64,000 nucleotides of DNA from Gemmatimonadota bacterium (GTDB lineage Bacteria > Gemmatimonadota > Gemmatimonadetes > JACCXV01 > JAHWKZ01), in assembly GCA_050732875.1 (NCBI GenBank), contig JBOHRQ010000005.1:4173-68172 (forward strand), given 5' to 3'. Each line of letters begins with the position of its first letter. The stretch's first letter is position 1. The notes beneath the pieces were generated by a model. The model worked only from the letters and a program-made list of their open reading frames with translations. It did not search any database and had not been told where the DNA came from. A program made the position numbers and the translations under genes. This document shows positions 8,726-19,437 of the stretch, piece after piece.

Positions 8726-9729
8726 AGGACCCGTTCGGGCCGCTCTCCGACGACGTGCGCGGGAAGCTGCGGAAGCGGACGCATCCTGTCTGGGTCCAGC
8801 CCATGCTGGCGACCCTGACCGACCAGCCCTTCTCTGACAAGGACTGGATCTACGAGCGCAAGCTGGACGGCATCCGATGCCTCGCCTTCCGCGACGGCGA
8901 CCGGGTGCGGCTCCTGTCGCGGAACCAGAAGAGCCAGAACGAAACCTATCCCGAGCTGGTCGACGCGATCGCCGCTCAGAAGCCGCGCGACTTCGTGGCC
9001 GACGGCGAGATCGTCGCCTTCGATGGGAGCGTGACCAGCTTCTCCCGCCTTCAGCGGCGGATGAAGATCGCCGACGCCGGGACGGCCCGCCGCTCGGGCG
9101 TGGCGGTGTACTACTACCTCTTCGATCTCGTCCATCTGGACGGCCGGGACACGACGCGGCTCCCGCTGCGAGATCGGAAATCCCTCCTCGAGCGCGTGGT
9201 CCGGTTCGAGGACCCGCTCCGCTTCTCGGCCCACCGGGACGCCGAGGGCGAGAAGTACCTGGAGGAGGCGTGCCGCAAGGGGTGGGAAGGGCTGATCGCC
9301 AAGCGCGCCGACTCGACCTACGTGCACCACCGCTCCCGGGACTGGCTCAAGCTCAAGTGCGTGGCGCGCCAGGAGTTCGTGGTCGGCGGATGGACCGAGC
9401 CGCGCGGCAGCCGGGTCGGACTGGGCGCGCTCCTGGTCGGCGTCTACGACGACGGCGACCTCCGCTACGCGGGCAAGGTCGGGACCGGGTACGATGACGA
9501 GACCCTGCGCGATCTGAGCGCGCGGCTTTCCTCGATCGAGCGAAAGACCCCGCCCTTCCGCGATTCCGACGGGATCGCGAAGAAGGGCGTCCACTGGGCA
9601 TCCCCGAAGCTGGTGGCGGAGGTCGGCTTCACCGAGTGGACGACCGACGGAAAGCTCCGCCATCCGCGCTTCCTGGGCCTCCGTCGCGACAAGGATCCGA
9701 AGTCGGTGGTGCGCGAGCGGCCGCGATGA
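8722..9729 (+). CDS. ligD: stand-alone ATP-dependent DNA ligase (LigD ligase domain)
   Basis: 335 aa. Adenylation motif I ERKLDGIRCLAF (KxDG). OB-fold tail. ATGA overlap with both neighbours. Confidence 0.9.
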   Translation: MKDPFGPLSDDVRGKLRKRTHPVWVQPMLATLTDQPFSDKDWIYERKLDGIRCLAFRDGDRVRLLSRNQKSQNETYPELVDAIAAQKPRDFVADGEIVAFDGSVTSFSRLQRRMKIADAGTARRSGVAVYYYLFDLVHLDGRDTTRLPLRDRKSLLERVVRFEDPLRFSAHRDAEGEKYLEEACRKGWEGLIAKRADSTYVHHRSRDWLKLKCVARQEFVVGGWTEPRGSRVGLGALLVGVYDDGDLRYAGKVGTGYDDETLRDLSARLSSIERKTPPFRDSDGIAKKGVHWASPKLVAEVGFTEWTTDGKLRHPRFLGLRRDKDPKSVVRERPR

Positions 9730-10643
9730 GCAGGTCGAAAGCCCTCGAGCTGGAGATAGGCGGCCGCGCGATCGGGGTGTCGAGCCCCGACAAGGTCCTT
9801 TTCCCGGACGCGGAGATCACCAAGGCGGATCTGGCCGACTACTACGCCCGGATAGCCGACAAGATGCTGCCCCATCTGGCGGGAAGACCGATATCGATGC
9901 AGCGCTTTCCGGACGGGATCGACGGCGAGACCTTCTTCCAGAAGGATGTCCCCGACTACTTCCCGGACTGGATCCGGACCGCGAAGGTGAAGAAGGAGGA
10001 CGGGAGCCTCCACATGGTGATCGCCGAGGAGGCGGCCACGCTGGTCTACCTGGCCAACCAGGCCTCCATCACCCCGCACGTCTGGCTGTCGCGAATCGAC
10101 CGACCGCATCGGCCGGACCGGCTGATCTTCGATTTCGATCCCTCGGTCGACGATTTCGGATCCGTGCGCGACGCGGCGCGCGGGATGCGGGACCTGCTCG
10201 AGGAGACGGGTCTCGTCCCGTTCGTCATGACGACCGGGTCGAGAGGGCTCCACGTCACCGTCCCGCTCGACCGGAGCGGAGATTTCGACGCGGCCCGCGG
10301 CTTCGCCCGCCGCTGCGCCGAGCTTCTGGTCGCCCGCCGTCCCGACGACCTCACGGTCGAGCAACGAAAGGCGAAGCGCGGCGACCGGGTCTACATCGAC
10401 ACCATGCGGAACGCCTACGCGCAGACCGCGGTCGCGCCCTACTCCGTCCGGGCCCGGCCGGGTGCGCCGGTCGCGACCCCGCTCGGCTGGGACGAGGTGG
10501 GTCGTGCCAGGCCGGACGGCTACACGATCTCGAACCTGTTCCGCCGGCTGGCCAGGAAGGATGATCCATGGGCAGGGATCGACCGCGAGGCGGGAGCCGT
10601 CAATCGGGCGTCGGCGCGACTGCAGGAGATAGAGCAGGGCTGA
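9726..10643 (+). CDS. ligD: stand-alone LigD polymerase/primase (AEP) domain protein
   Basis: 305 aa from ATG 9726 (inside track ORF 9636..10643). LSSPDKVLFPD..ITKADLADYY...LAGRPISMQRFPDGI...FFQKD pattern. Confidence 0.88.
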   Translation: MSRSKALELEIGGRAIGVSSPDKVLFPDAEITKADLADYYARIADKMLPHLAGRPISMQRFPDGIDGETFFQKDVPDYFPDWIRTAKVKKEDGSLHMVIAEEAATLVYLANQASITPHVWLSRIDRPHRPDRLIFDFDPSVDDFGSVRDAARGMRDLLEETGLVPFVMTTGSRGLHVTVPLDRSGDFDAARGFARRCAELLVARRPDDLTVEQRKAKRGDRVYIDTMRNAYAQTAVAPYSVRARPGAPVATPLGWDEVGRARPDGYTISNLFRRLARKDDPWAGIDREAGAVNRASARLQEIEQG

Positions 10644-10687
10644 TCGCGCGGCTTGAACCGTACAGGTTTTCGCGCGAGCGTTGGGGG

Positions 10688-11344
10688 ATGCCGATCCCTC
10701 TCCCCGCTGGCCGACAGGGGGTGGTCGCGGGCGCAATCGTCGCCGCGCTCCTGGTGGGCGCCGTCCTCTTCGTGGCCGGCTCGCTCGACCGTCCCCGACC
10801 GCCGGAGTTCGCGCCCACCGTGAGCGCCCCGGAAGAGGTAGGCCGGCGCCTGGCGGGACCACGCCGCTACACGATCGACGCAACCCACGAGCGCGAGTGG
10901 CGCTACTTCGACTTCTCCCGCGGCTCGCGCATCGACGACCCGGAGCCGCTGGGTTGGGACCTCGCTTTCCGCCGCAACCGGATCATCGTCAACGGGGGAG
11001 AGGCGTTCCCGGGGCAGGGAGGGGTGGCCGACCTGGGGGAGGTCCGCTTCGACCGGGTCGACGCGGCGCCCCCCGGCGGCTACCGGGGGACGATCGCCGG
11101 CCGGGACAGCGTCCAGCCGGCCCTCGAGGAGTGGTACGATTACGGGTTCACGAGCCACGTACTCGAAGCGCGGCCGCGGGTCTATGCCATCCGGACGGCG
11201 GATGGCCGCTACGCGAAGCTCCAGGTGGTGAGCTATTACTGCCCAGGGGCGCGCGGCGGATGTGTGACCTTCCGCTACGTCTACCAGGGGGACGGCTCAC
11301 CCGTATTCGATTCTTCCGGCGCCGCATCCGCCCTCGGGCGCTGA
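10688..11344 (+). CDS. membrane-anchored HmuY-like domain protein
   Basis: ATG 10688, N-terminal TM VVAGAIVAALLVGAVLFVAG. C-terminal ...VYAIRTADGRYAKLQVVSYYCPG...CVTFRYVY resembles the HmuY family signature. Confidence 0.5.
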   Translation: MPIPLPAGRQGVVAGAIVAALLVGAVLFVAGSLDRPRPPEFAPTVSAPEEVGRRLAGPRRYTIDATHEREWRYFDFSRGSRIDDPEPLGWDLAFRRNRIIVNGGEAFPGQGGVADLGEVRFDRVDAAPPGGYRGTIAGRDSVQPALEEWYDYGFTSHVLEARPRVYAIRTADGRYAKLQVVSYYCPGARGGCVTFRYVYQGDGSPVFDSSGAASALGR

Positions 11345-11357
11345 CTCCTTACCCGCC

Positions 11358-11363
11358 TATACT
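11358..11363 (+). promoter_or_regulatory. -10-like TATACT 9 nt upstream of ATG 11373, no SD (leaderless-type promoter candidate)
   Basis: cctTATACTctccgccccATG read directly. Confidence 0.4.
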
Positions 11364-11372
11364 CTCCGCCCC

Positions 11373-12869
11373 ATGTCCGGCATCGTGATCCCCAAGCGTA
11401 ACGGCCAGCGGCCGACCACGCTGGACGCGGTCGTCGTCGGCTCGGGTCCGAACGGCCTCGCGGGGGCGCTGGCCCTGTCCGGCGCTGGACACGCCGTCCG
11501 CGTGATCGAGGCGGAGGCGGAGCCGGGCGGCGGCCTGCGGACGGCTGAGCTCACGCTGCCGGGGTTCCGTCACGACGTCTGCTCGGCGATCCACCCGCTG
11601 GGCGTCGGCTCGCCGTTCCTGCGCACCTTGCCGCTCGGGAAGCACGGGCTCGAGTGGGTGCATCCACATGCCCCTCTGGCGCATCCGCTGCCCGGCGGAG
11701 GGGCCGCGATCCTCGAGCGATCGCTCGACGAGACCGCGCGTGGGCTCGGACCCGACGGCGACGCCTGGCGTTCGTTGATGGGACCGCACGTGAAAGCGTG
11801 GCCCGACATCGAGGCGGACGTGCTCGGACCACCGCGCCCGCCCCGCCATCCCATCGCCATGGCCCGTTTCGCGAGGCATGCCCTGCGCTCGGCCGAGGCC
11901 GTCGGGCGCCGCTTCCGGGGCGAGAAGGCAGCGGCCCTCTGGGCCGGTCTCGCCGCCCACTCGATGCGGGGACTGGACCGCCCGCTGACGGCCGGGATCG
12001 GGCTCATGCTGACGGTTCTCGCCCATCGCGTCGGGTGGCCGTTCCCTCGCGGTGGTTCCGACCGGCTGGCCCTGGCCATGGCGTCGCTCCTGGCGGAGCG
12101 GGCGGGGGAGATCTTGCTCGGCCAGCGCATCGAGTCGCTGGACGACGTCCCGACCGCCAACGCGGTCCTGCTCGACGTCACGCCCCGACAGCTCCTGCGG
12201 ATCGCCGGGGAGAGACTTCCGCCCGGCTACCGGCGGAGCCTGGCCGGTTTCCGTTACGGCACGGCGGCCTTCAAGGTCGACTGGGCGCTGGACGGTCCGA
12301 TCCCATGGCTCGCCGAGGAGTGCGGCCGGGCGGGGACCGTGCACGTCGGGGGGACGGCGGCCGAGATCGCGGCCGGCGAGAAGGCCGTTGAGCGCGGGGA
12401 GCATCCCGAACAGCCCTTCGTTCTGCTCGCCCAGCCTTCCCTCTTCGACTCCGAGCGCGCGCCCGAGGGACGCCATATCGGGTGGAGCTACTGCCACGTG
12501 CCCAACGGCTCGACCGTTGACATGACCGAGCGGATCGAGCGCCAGGTCGAGCGCTTCGCGCCGGGCTTCGGGGAACGCATCCTGGCCCGGCACATCATGG
12601 GACCCGCGGAGCTGGAAGCCCACAACGCCAACCTCGTGGGTGGCCACATCAACGGCGGCATCCAGGATCTCCGCCAGACCTTCGCCCGACCGGTCGCGAG
12701 ACTGGATCCGTATTCGACGCCCGTTCCGGGGGTCTACATCTGCTCATCTTCGACTCCGCCGGGCGGCGGGGTTCATGGGATGTGCGGCTACCACGCCGCG
12801 CAGTCGGCGCTCCGCGGATCACTGGCCGGGCGTGGTCCGACCCGGGTCTTCATGCCCGCGGGGCCGTGA
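11373..12869 (+). CDS. FAD/NAD(P)-dependent oxidoreductase, phytoene-desaturase (CrtI)-related family
   Basis: 498 aa. Dinucleotide fold DAVVVGSGPNGLAGALALSGAGHAVRVIEAEAEPGGG. Confidence 0.8.
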   Translation: MSGIVIPKRNGQRPTTLDAVVVGSGPNGLAGALALSGAGHAVRVIEAEAEPGGGLRTAELTLPGFRHDVCSAIHPLGVGSPFLRTLPLGKHGLEWVHPHAPLAHPLPGGGAAILERSLDETARGLGPDGDAWRSLMGPHVKAWPDIEADVLGPPRPPRHPIAMARFARHALRSAEAVGRRFRGEKAAALWAGLAAHSMRGLDRPLTAGIGLMLTVLAHRVGWPFPRGGSDRLALAMASLLAERAGEILLGQRIESLDDVPTANAVLLDVTPRQLLRIAGERLPPGYRRSLAGFRYGTAAFKVDWALDGPIPWLAEECGRAGTVHVGGTAAEIAAGEKAVERGEHPEQPFVLLAQPSLFDSERAPEGRHIGWSYCHVPNGSTVDMTERIERQVERFAPGFGERILARHIMGPAELEAHNANLVGGHINGGIQDLRQTFARPVARLDPYSTPVPGVYICSSSTPPGGGVHGMCGYHAAQSALRGSLAGRGPTRVFMPAGP

Positions 12870-12900
12870 CGCCGGGGATCGAGTCGCCGTGAAGCGCCGG

Positions 12901-13842
12901 ATGAGGACGGACGGGTACACCGTTCTCGTGTGGGTCCCGCGTGTGGCCCTGCTCTTGGTGGGCCTTTTCCCGGCGCTGACCATGATGGGCCTCCCCCCGG
13001 CGCGCGCCGGAGCCCCGCTCGCGCCGCCGGTCCGTCTGCCGTCCCAGCCGCCCGAACTCTACTTCGAGGCGGACGGTGAGGGACCGACGATCGTCTTCGT
13101 GCCCGATTGGGCGGGCGACTCCTCGGTCTGGTTCCGGATCCTTCCGCTCCTCCGGGACGGCCACCGGCTCGTGCGATACGATCCACGCGGACAGGGTCGA
13201 TCGGAGGCCCCGGAGGACGGCGATTACTCGGTGGAGGCGCATCGAGACGATCTCTTTCGGGTGATGGACGCGCTCGACGTCGAGACCGCGGACATCGTGG
13301 CAGCCGGGCTGGGCTGTCGGATCGCGATCAAGGCCGCGCTCGCGCGCCCGGAGCGGTTCGCGTCGCTGACCCTGATCGAGCCTCACCTGGCCTGGACGAA
13401 CGACGAGGCCTCCTTCTGGGGGCGGTTTCTGCAGGCGTGGGAGAGGACCGGCCGGCCCTCGCTCGGCGAGTACGCCGCCGTCATCGTGGGTCACCGGTTC
13501 GACGAGCAGTTCGTGATCCGCGAGCGCTGGATCGTCGACTTCTATGACCTCCTCCTTCGGCGCCAGGATCCGGAGGAGCTGATCGCCTCACTGAGGACAT
13601 GGCTTTCCTCGGTCCTGGCCCTGCCCGATTCGCGGAACCCCGTTCCCGTGCTCATCGTGCGGGGCGGCGGGCCCGGCGACATCGAGCCCCTGGGCGACCC
13701 CCGTATCCGGGCCACTTTTTCGTACACACGCCGGGTCTGGATCCCGGAGGCCGGCCGGACCCCACAGATCGAAACCCCCCGCGAGCTCGTCGAGCGGATC
13801 GGTGAGCGGTGGGTGGCACTGGGGCAGCGGGATTCCATGTAA
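12901..13842 (+). CDS. alpha/beta-hydrolase-fold protein with non-canonical nucleophile elbow, N-terminal TM/signal
   Basis: ATG 12901 (GTG 12890 possible). [15 protein letters not shown]...[10 protein letters not shown] typical of the fold. The GxSxG position reads AAGLGC (no Ser). Confidence 0.7.
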   Translation: MRTDGYTVLVWVPRVALLLVGLFPALTMMGLPPARAGAPLAPPVRLPSQPPELYFEADGEGPTIVFVPDWAGDSSVWFRILPLLRDGHRLVRYDPRGQGRSEAPEDGDYSVEAHRDDLFRVMDALDVETADIVAAGLGCRIAIKAALARPERFASLTLIEPHLAWTNDEASFWGRFLQAWERTGRPSLGEYAAVIVGHRFDEQFVIRERWIVDFYDLLLRRQDPEELIASLRTWLSSVLALPDSRNPVPVLIVRGGGPGDIEPLGDPRIRATFSYTRRVWIPEAGRTPQIETPRELVERIGERWVALGQRDSM

Positions 13843-13873
13843 GTCTTGGCGGTGCAGCAGGTTAAGGCCACAT

Positions 13874-13889
13874 AGTACGATATCGTACT
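13874..13889. promoter_or_regulatory. 16-bp perfect AT-rich palindrome AGTACGATATCGTACT
   Basis: 32 nt after the hydrolase stop, about 240 nt upstream of the rRNA promoter candidate. Confidence 0.25.
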
Positions 13890-14126
13890 GACGAGTCGGG
13901 CCCCCGATGTGTCCTGCTCGCGACAAGGTCGAGCTAGCCGCTCCGCGGTGCCCGGGTTTGCCTCTTTGGGCCGGGGACTCGTGACCCGGTCGCAAGAGGA
14001 TCCCGTTTGACCGCAGGCCCGGGAACCGGTAAATTCTCTCCACTTCGAGATGACTTCCCATCGGCGTTGCGATCCAACAGGATCGGGGCGCCACCGGGTA
14101 GCGGGTGAGCATGAATCTCCCGCCAT

Positions 14127-14155
14127 TTGACGATTCCCGGGCGGAAGCGTATCTT
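14127..14155 (+). promoter_or_regulatory. sigma70-type promoter candidate for the 23S-5S operon
   Basis: TTGACG (14127-14132), 17-nt spacer, TATCTT (14150-14155); lies just upstream of the processing stem. Confidence 0.5.
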
Positions 14156-14161
14156 GATGAT

Positions 14162-14211
14162 CCCTCGAAAAACGCATCGGGGCCCGCTCTTTGACAATTG
14201 AAGTGTCTGTC
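14162..14211 (+). other. 5' arm of the pre-23S processing (RNase III-type) stem
   Basis: ccctcgaaaaacgc..ggcccgctctttgacaattgaagtgtctgtc is complementary, with a few bulges, to 18712-18754. Confidence 0.75.
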
Positions 14212-16048
14212 CTAATAGCAAAAGCCGAAAAACCTCTCTCGAGGATTTTGGTCAAGCTACCAAGGGCGCACGGTGAATGCCTTGGCTCGAGCAGGCGAAG
14301 AAGGACGTGGTAAGCTGCGATAAGCCCCGGGGAGCTGCAAACAAGCTTTGATCCGGGGATTTCCGAATGGGGCAACCCCCGCGCTTCATCGCGCGGTATC
14401 CGCCGGCTGAATTCATAGGCCGGTGGAGGCCAACCCGGGGGACTGAAACATCTAAGTACCCGGAGGAAGAGAAAGCAACCGCGATTCCGTGAGTAGCGGC
14501 GAGCGAAAGCGGAACAGCCCAAACCGGTGTGGTGTCAAGCCTGCAAGCGTTGCCACATCGGGGTCGTGGGAACTGCGAGGAGGCCGTTGCAGCGGTTTCC
14601 GGGAGTCACAAAGGCGATCGCTAGCCGAATCATCCTGGAAAGGTGACCCAGAGAAGGTGAAAGTCCTGTAGGCGAAAGCGACTCGCTCTCCCGCGGCAGT
14701 TTCCCAAGTAATGCGGGACCCGAGAAATCCTGCATGAATTCGCGAGGACCATCTCGTAAGGCTAAACACTCGCTCGAGACCGATAGCGAACCAGTACCGT
14801 GAGGGAAAGGTGAAAAGGACTCCTGACGGAGAGTGAAATAGAACCTGAAACCGTGTGCCTACAAGCTGTAGGAGGTTGGCCGGCCTTCGGGTCGGTACGA
14901 CTGACTGCGTGCCTTTTGCATAATGAGCCGGCGAGTTGCTGCTACGTAGCGAGCTTAAGGGGAAACCCCCCGAAGGCGTAGCGAAAGCGAGTCCGAAATG
15001 GGCGACTGAGTTGCGTGGCGCAGACCCGAAGGGTGGTGATCTACCCATGGCCAGGTTGAAGCGGAGGTAACACTCCGTGAAGGACCGAACCGGTGAAGGT
15101 TAAAAACTTCTCGGATGAGCTGTGGGTAGGGGTGAAAGGCTAATCAAACCACCTGATAGCTGGTTCTCCCCGAAAGATATTTTGGTATCGCCTCGCGAAT
15201 GAGTGTGCCGGAGGTAGAGCACTGGATGGGCTAGGGGCCCTACCAGGTTACCAAACCCAACCAAACTCCGAATGCCGGTCACATGCTTCGCGGGAGGCAG
15301 CTGCTGGGGGATAAGCTCCAGTGACGAGAGGGAAACAACCCAGACCGACAGCTAAGGTCCCCAAGTTCTGGCTAAGTGACAAAGGATGTGGATTTGCACA
15401 GACAACTGGGAGGTTGGCTTAGAAGCAGCCATTCCTTGAAAGAGTGCGTAACAGCTCACCAGTCAAGTGGATCCGCGCCGATAATTCACGGGACTCAAGC
15501 CAGGCGCCGAAGCTTCGGGTTGTGGCGGTCTGCGGACCGCTGCAGCGGTAGGGGAGCGTTCCATGCGGGCAGAAGTCATGCCGGAAGGCGTGGTGGACTG
15601 CATGGAAGTGATGATGCCGGCACGAGTAGCGATAATGAGGGTGAGAAACCCTCACGCCGAAAACCCAAGGGTTCCTGAGGAAGGCTAATCCGCTCAGGGT
15701 CAGTCGGAGCCTAAGGCGAGGCCGAAAGGCGTAGCCGATGGGAAACAGGTCAACATTCCTGTACCAGTCTGTGCGCGTTATGAGCTATGGGGTGACGCAG
15801 AGGTGAATCCCCATCCGGTGATGGATGTCCGGGTGCAAGGCTGTACGGAGGTCGGGTAGGCAAATCCGCCCGATCAATCCCGAGAGCCGATGCGGAGGGC
15901 CACCAGGCCCACAAAAGGGGAATAAGCTGACTGCCAGGAAAAACCTCTATGCCAGTTCACAGGCTGACCGTACCGTAAACCGACGCAGGTGGGTGGGGAG
16001 AGAATCCCAAGGCGCTCGAGAGAACTCTGGCTAAGGAACTCGGCAAAA

Positions 16049-16079
<31 letters not shown>

Positions 16080-16135
16080 GGGTGGGTGAACACCTTGCGT
16101 GGTAAGCCTGCCCGGGCCGCAGAGAATCGGCCCAA

Positions 16136-16166
<31 letters not shown>

Positions 16167-16288
16167 TAAGTCGTGAAGACGACGTATAGGGTCTGACGCC
16201 TGCCCGGTGCCGGAAGGTTAAGGGGAGCGGTTAGGGTTTCGGCCCGAAGCTGCAAACTGAAGCCCCGGTAAACGGCGGCCGTAACTAT

Positions 16289-16676
16289 GGTGCAAGGACC
16301 ACCGTAGTTCCGAGAACAAATCTGGCTATATGCTGGGACACCCGGTTGATGCACCGGTACTCGCCACTAGGCTGATGCGGCCGAAGAAGGTGGCAGTGAA
16401 AATCCGGTGCGGACGGGCAATCAGCAGGAAAGGCTCGAATGCTCGAGGTCAATCGCATCCAAGTTTGACCGAGAGCTGGCTTTCGATTCCCACGAAGGGA
16501 AGCGGAGGATGCGCGGGCGAGACGCTCTTCGTCCGGTTCGAGAATCCTCAGAGACTGCACGCCAGACCGCCGGCGCCTGCCGGCGGATGATACAGTCCGG
16601 ACTGCATGGCAACATGCAGAGCGCGGCAGAAATGATCGCGCCCACCGTCACGCCCGTGACGGTGAGTAACAAATCG
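16289..16676 (+). mobile_element. group I intron 1 in 23S rRNA (after E. coli U1917), 388 nt, no credible ORF
   Basis: Follows exon ...GUAACUAU and ends in G before AACGGU. Guide GUAGUU (16304-16309) pairs with exon AACUAU with a U-G wobble. P7 GACUG 16553-57 / CAGUC 16593-97. Core strings CAGAGACUGCACGCC and GAUACAGUCCGGAC. Confidence 0.85.
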
Positions 16677-16682
16677 AACGGT

Positions 16683-16912
16683 CAACCTTAGAGGCCGTTC
16701 TGAAATCCGGCTATATGCTGGAAACTCCGTCGAATCCGGCGCTACCAGCCTGACGCCAGTCGGGCGGTGACAATGCGACCGGTGCGGACAATCAGCAGGA
16801 AAGACCGGTGATCGGTCAATCGATCGCCGGAATCCTCAGAGGCCATACGCCGGACACGCACTGCGTGAAGAGATGGTCCGATCTGCATGGCGACATGCAG
16901 CTAACACAAATG
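16683..16912 (+). mobile_element. group I intron 2 in 23S rRNA (after E. coli U1923), 230 nt, paralogue of intron 1
   Basis: Follows the 6-nt exon AACGGU (16677-16682) and ends in G before CCUAAGG. Guide GCCGUU (16694-16699) pairs with AACGGU. P7 GGCCAU 16841-46 / AUGGUC 16873-78. Shares blocks GGCTATATGCTGG, CAATCAGCAGGAAAG, GAATCCTCAGAG, CTGCATGGCRACATGCAG with intron 1. Confidence 0.85.
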
Positions 16913-17713
<801 letters not shown>

Positions 17714-17993
17714 AAGTTCCGACCTGCACGAATGGCGTAACGACTTGGGCGCTGTCTCGGCCAGAGACTCGGTGAAACTGCAGTATCGGTGAAGATACCG
17801 ATTACCCGCGACAGGACAAAAAGACCCTGTGCACCTTTACTACAACCTGATATTGGGTTCTAGTTGGTCTTGTGTAGGATAGGTGGGAGGCTATGAAGCG
17901 CGGGCGCTAGCCCGCGTGGAGCCAACCGTGAAATACCACCCTTGGTCAATTGGAATTCTAACCCGCGGCCGTGAAGCCGGCCGGGGGACAGTG

Positions 17994-18027
<34 letters not shown>

Positions 18028-18231
18028 CAAAGAGTAACGGAGGCGCGCAAAGGTTCCCTCAGTGCGGTCGGTAATCGCACGTAGAGTGTAAAGGCAGAAG
18101 GGAGCTTGACTGCGAGACATACAGGTCGAGCAGATGCGAAAGCAGGCCTTAGTGATCCGGCGGTTGTGAATGGAAACGCCGTCGCTCAACGGATAAAAGG
18201 TACGCCAGGGATAACAGGCTTATCTCCCCCG

Positions 18232-18333
<102 letters not shown>

Positions 18334-18498
18334 TACGCGAGCTGGGTTTAGAACGTCGTGAGACAGTTCGGTCTGTATCCGTCGCGGGCGGAGGACACTT
18401 GAGGGGTTCTAACCTTAGTACGAGAGGACCGGGTTGGACGCACCGCTGGTGTACCTGTTGTGGCGCCAGCCGCAGCGCAGGGTAGCTATGTGCGGATG

Positions 18499-18531
<33 letters not shown>

Positions 18532-18711
18532 TGCCCCGAGATTAGGTGTCCCGCGGCGCAAGCCGCCTGAAGGGCCGTGGGAGACGACCACGTTGATAGG
18601 CCGCAGGTGCAAGCACAGAAATGTGTTCAGCCGAGCGGTACTAATCGCCCGTGAGGCTTGACCAACTTCTTCTTGAGAGGTTCAACGGCTCCGGTCGCTT
18701 CGGCGATCGGC

Positions 18712-18754
18712 GACAGACACTTCAATTGTCAGAGCGGCCCTGCGTTTTCGAGGG
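18712..18754 (+). other. 3' arm of the pre-23S processing stem
   Basis: gacagacacttcaattgtcagagcggccctgcgttttcgaggg is complementary to 14162-14211. Confidence 0.75.
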
Positions 18755-18803
18755 CGGCTATCGGAGATCGGCGATCGCCGCGAGCGGCGGTCGTCTTCGG
18801 TTT

Positions 18804-18917
<114 letters not shown>

Positions 18918-18926
18918 TCTTTCAAG

Positions 18927-18968
18927 AGGCCCCCGTGCCGGAAGGTGCGGGGGCCTTCGTGTTGTGTG
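18927..18968 (+). terminator. intrinsic terminator of the rRNA operon
   Basis: 9-bp GC stem AGGCCCCCG / CGGGGGCCT (18927-35 / 18948-56) followed by TCGTGTTGTGTG. Confidence 0.7.
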
Positions 18969-19170
18969 CCAGGGGATGGTAGACGGTGAAGAGGTCCGTC
19001 GCGCTTGATCGCGTTCGAGACCGGCCCCAGAGCGTCCATCCCTGCCGGGAGGTGGCGTGGTCGGGGCTGTAATCCCAGATCGCACACGTGCTCTTGTAAG
19101 GCCGGGGCTCACGATAGTACTTGTACCCCGTAGGGGATACACAGAGAAGCAGAAAGTGAGGATTGATTTG

Positions 19171-19437
19171 GTGACCAAGAAGAGTGCCTATGTCCGGGCC
19201 CGCACCGAGCCCGAGCTGAAGAAGCGAGCCGAGGCGGTTTTCCGCCATGTCGGCCTTACGCCCTCGGATGCCATCAACATGCTGTATCGCCAAGCAGCCT
19301 TGCGAGGCGAGGTGCCTATCGAGCTAAAGCTTCCCAATGAAGTAACACGCCGAGCGATTGAGGATGCCCGATCCGGTCGGAAACTGATAGAAGCCAAGAC
19401 AGCAAAGGAATTATTCGCGCTCCTCGAGGCTGAATAG
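19171..19437 (+). CDS. relB: RelB/DinJ-family antitoxin
   Basis: 88 aa from GTG 19171 (RBS GTGAGGA). YVRARTEPELKKRAEAVFRHVGLTPSDAINMLYRQ... is the DinJ ribbon-helix-helix pattern. Confidence 0.8.
   Translation: MTKKSAYVRARTEPELKKRAEAVFRHVGLTPSDAINMLYRQAALRGEVPIELKLPNEVTRRAIEDARSGRKLIEAKTAKELFALLEAE

Noticed and set aside
14191-14218. TTGACA-16-TAATAG promoter-like element just before the 23S 5' end
   Set aside because: The TTGACA lies inside the 5' arm of the long processing stem, which is complementary to 18712-18754. The resemblance to a promoter is probably incidental.
16330-16691. ORFs 16330..16590 and 16407..16691 inside intron 1
   Set aside because: No homing-endonuclease motif (LAGLIDADG, GIY-YIG, HNH, His-Cys). 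They overlap conserved ribozyme blocks shared with the ORF-less intron 2.
18922-19293. 123-aa minus-strand ORF between the 5S terminator and relB
   Set aside because: It overlaps the relB/dinJ gene and the terminator, has no motif and no RBS.
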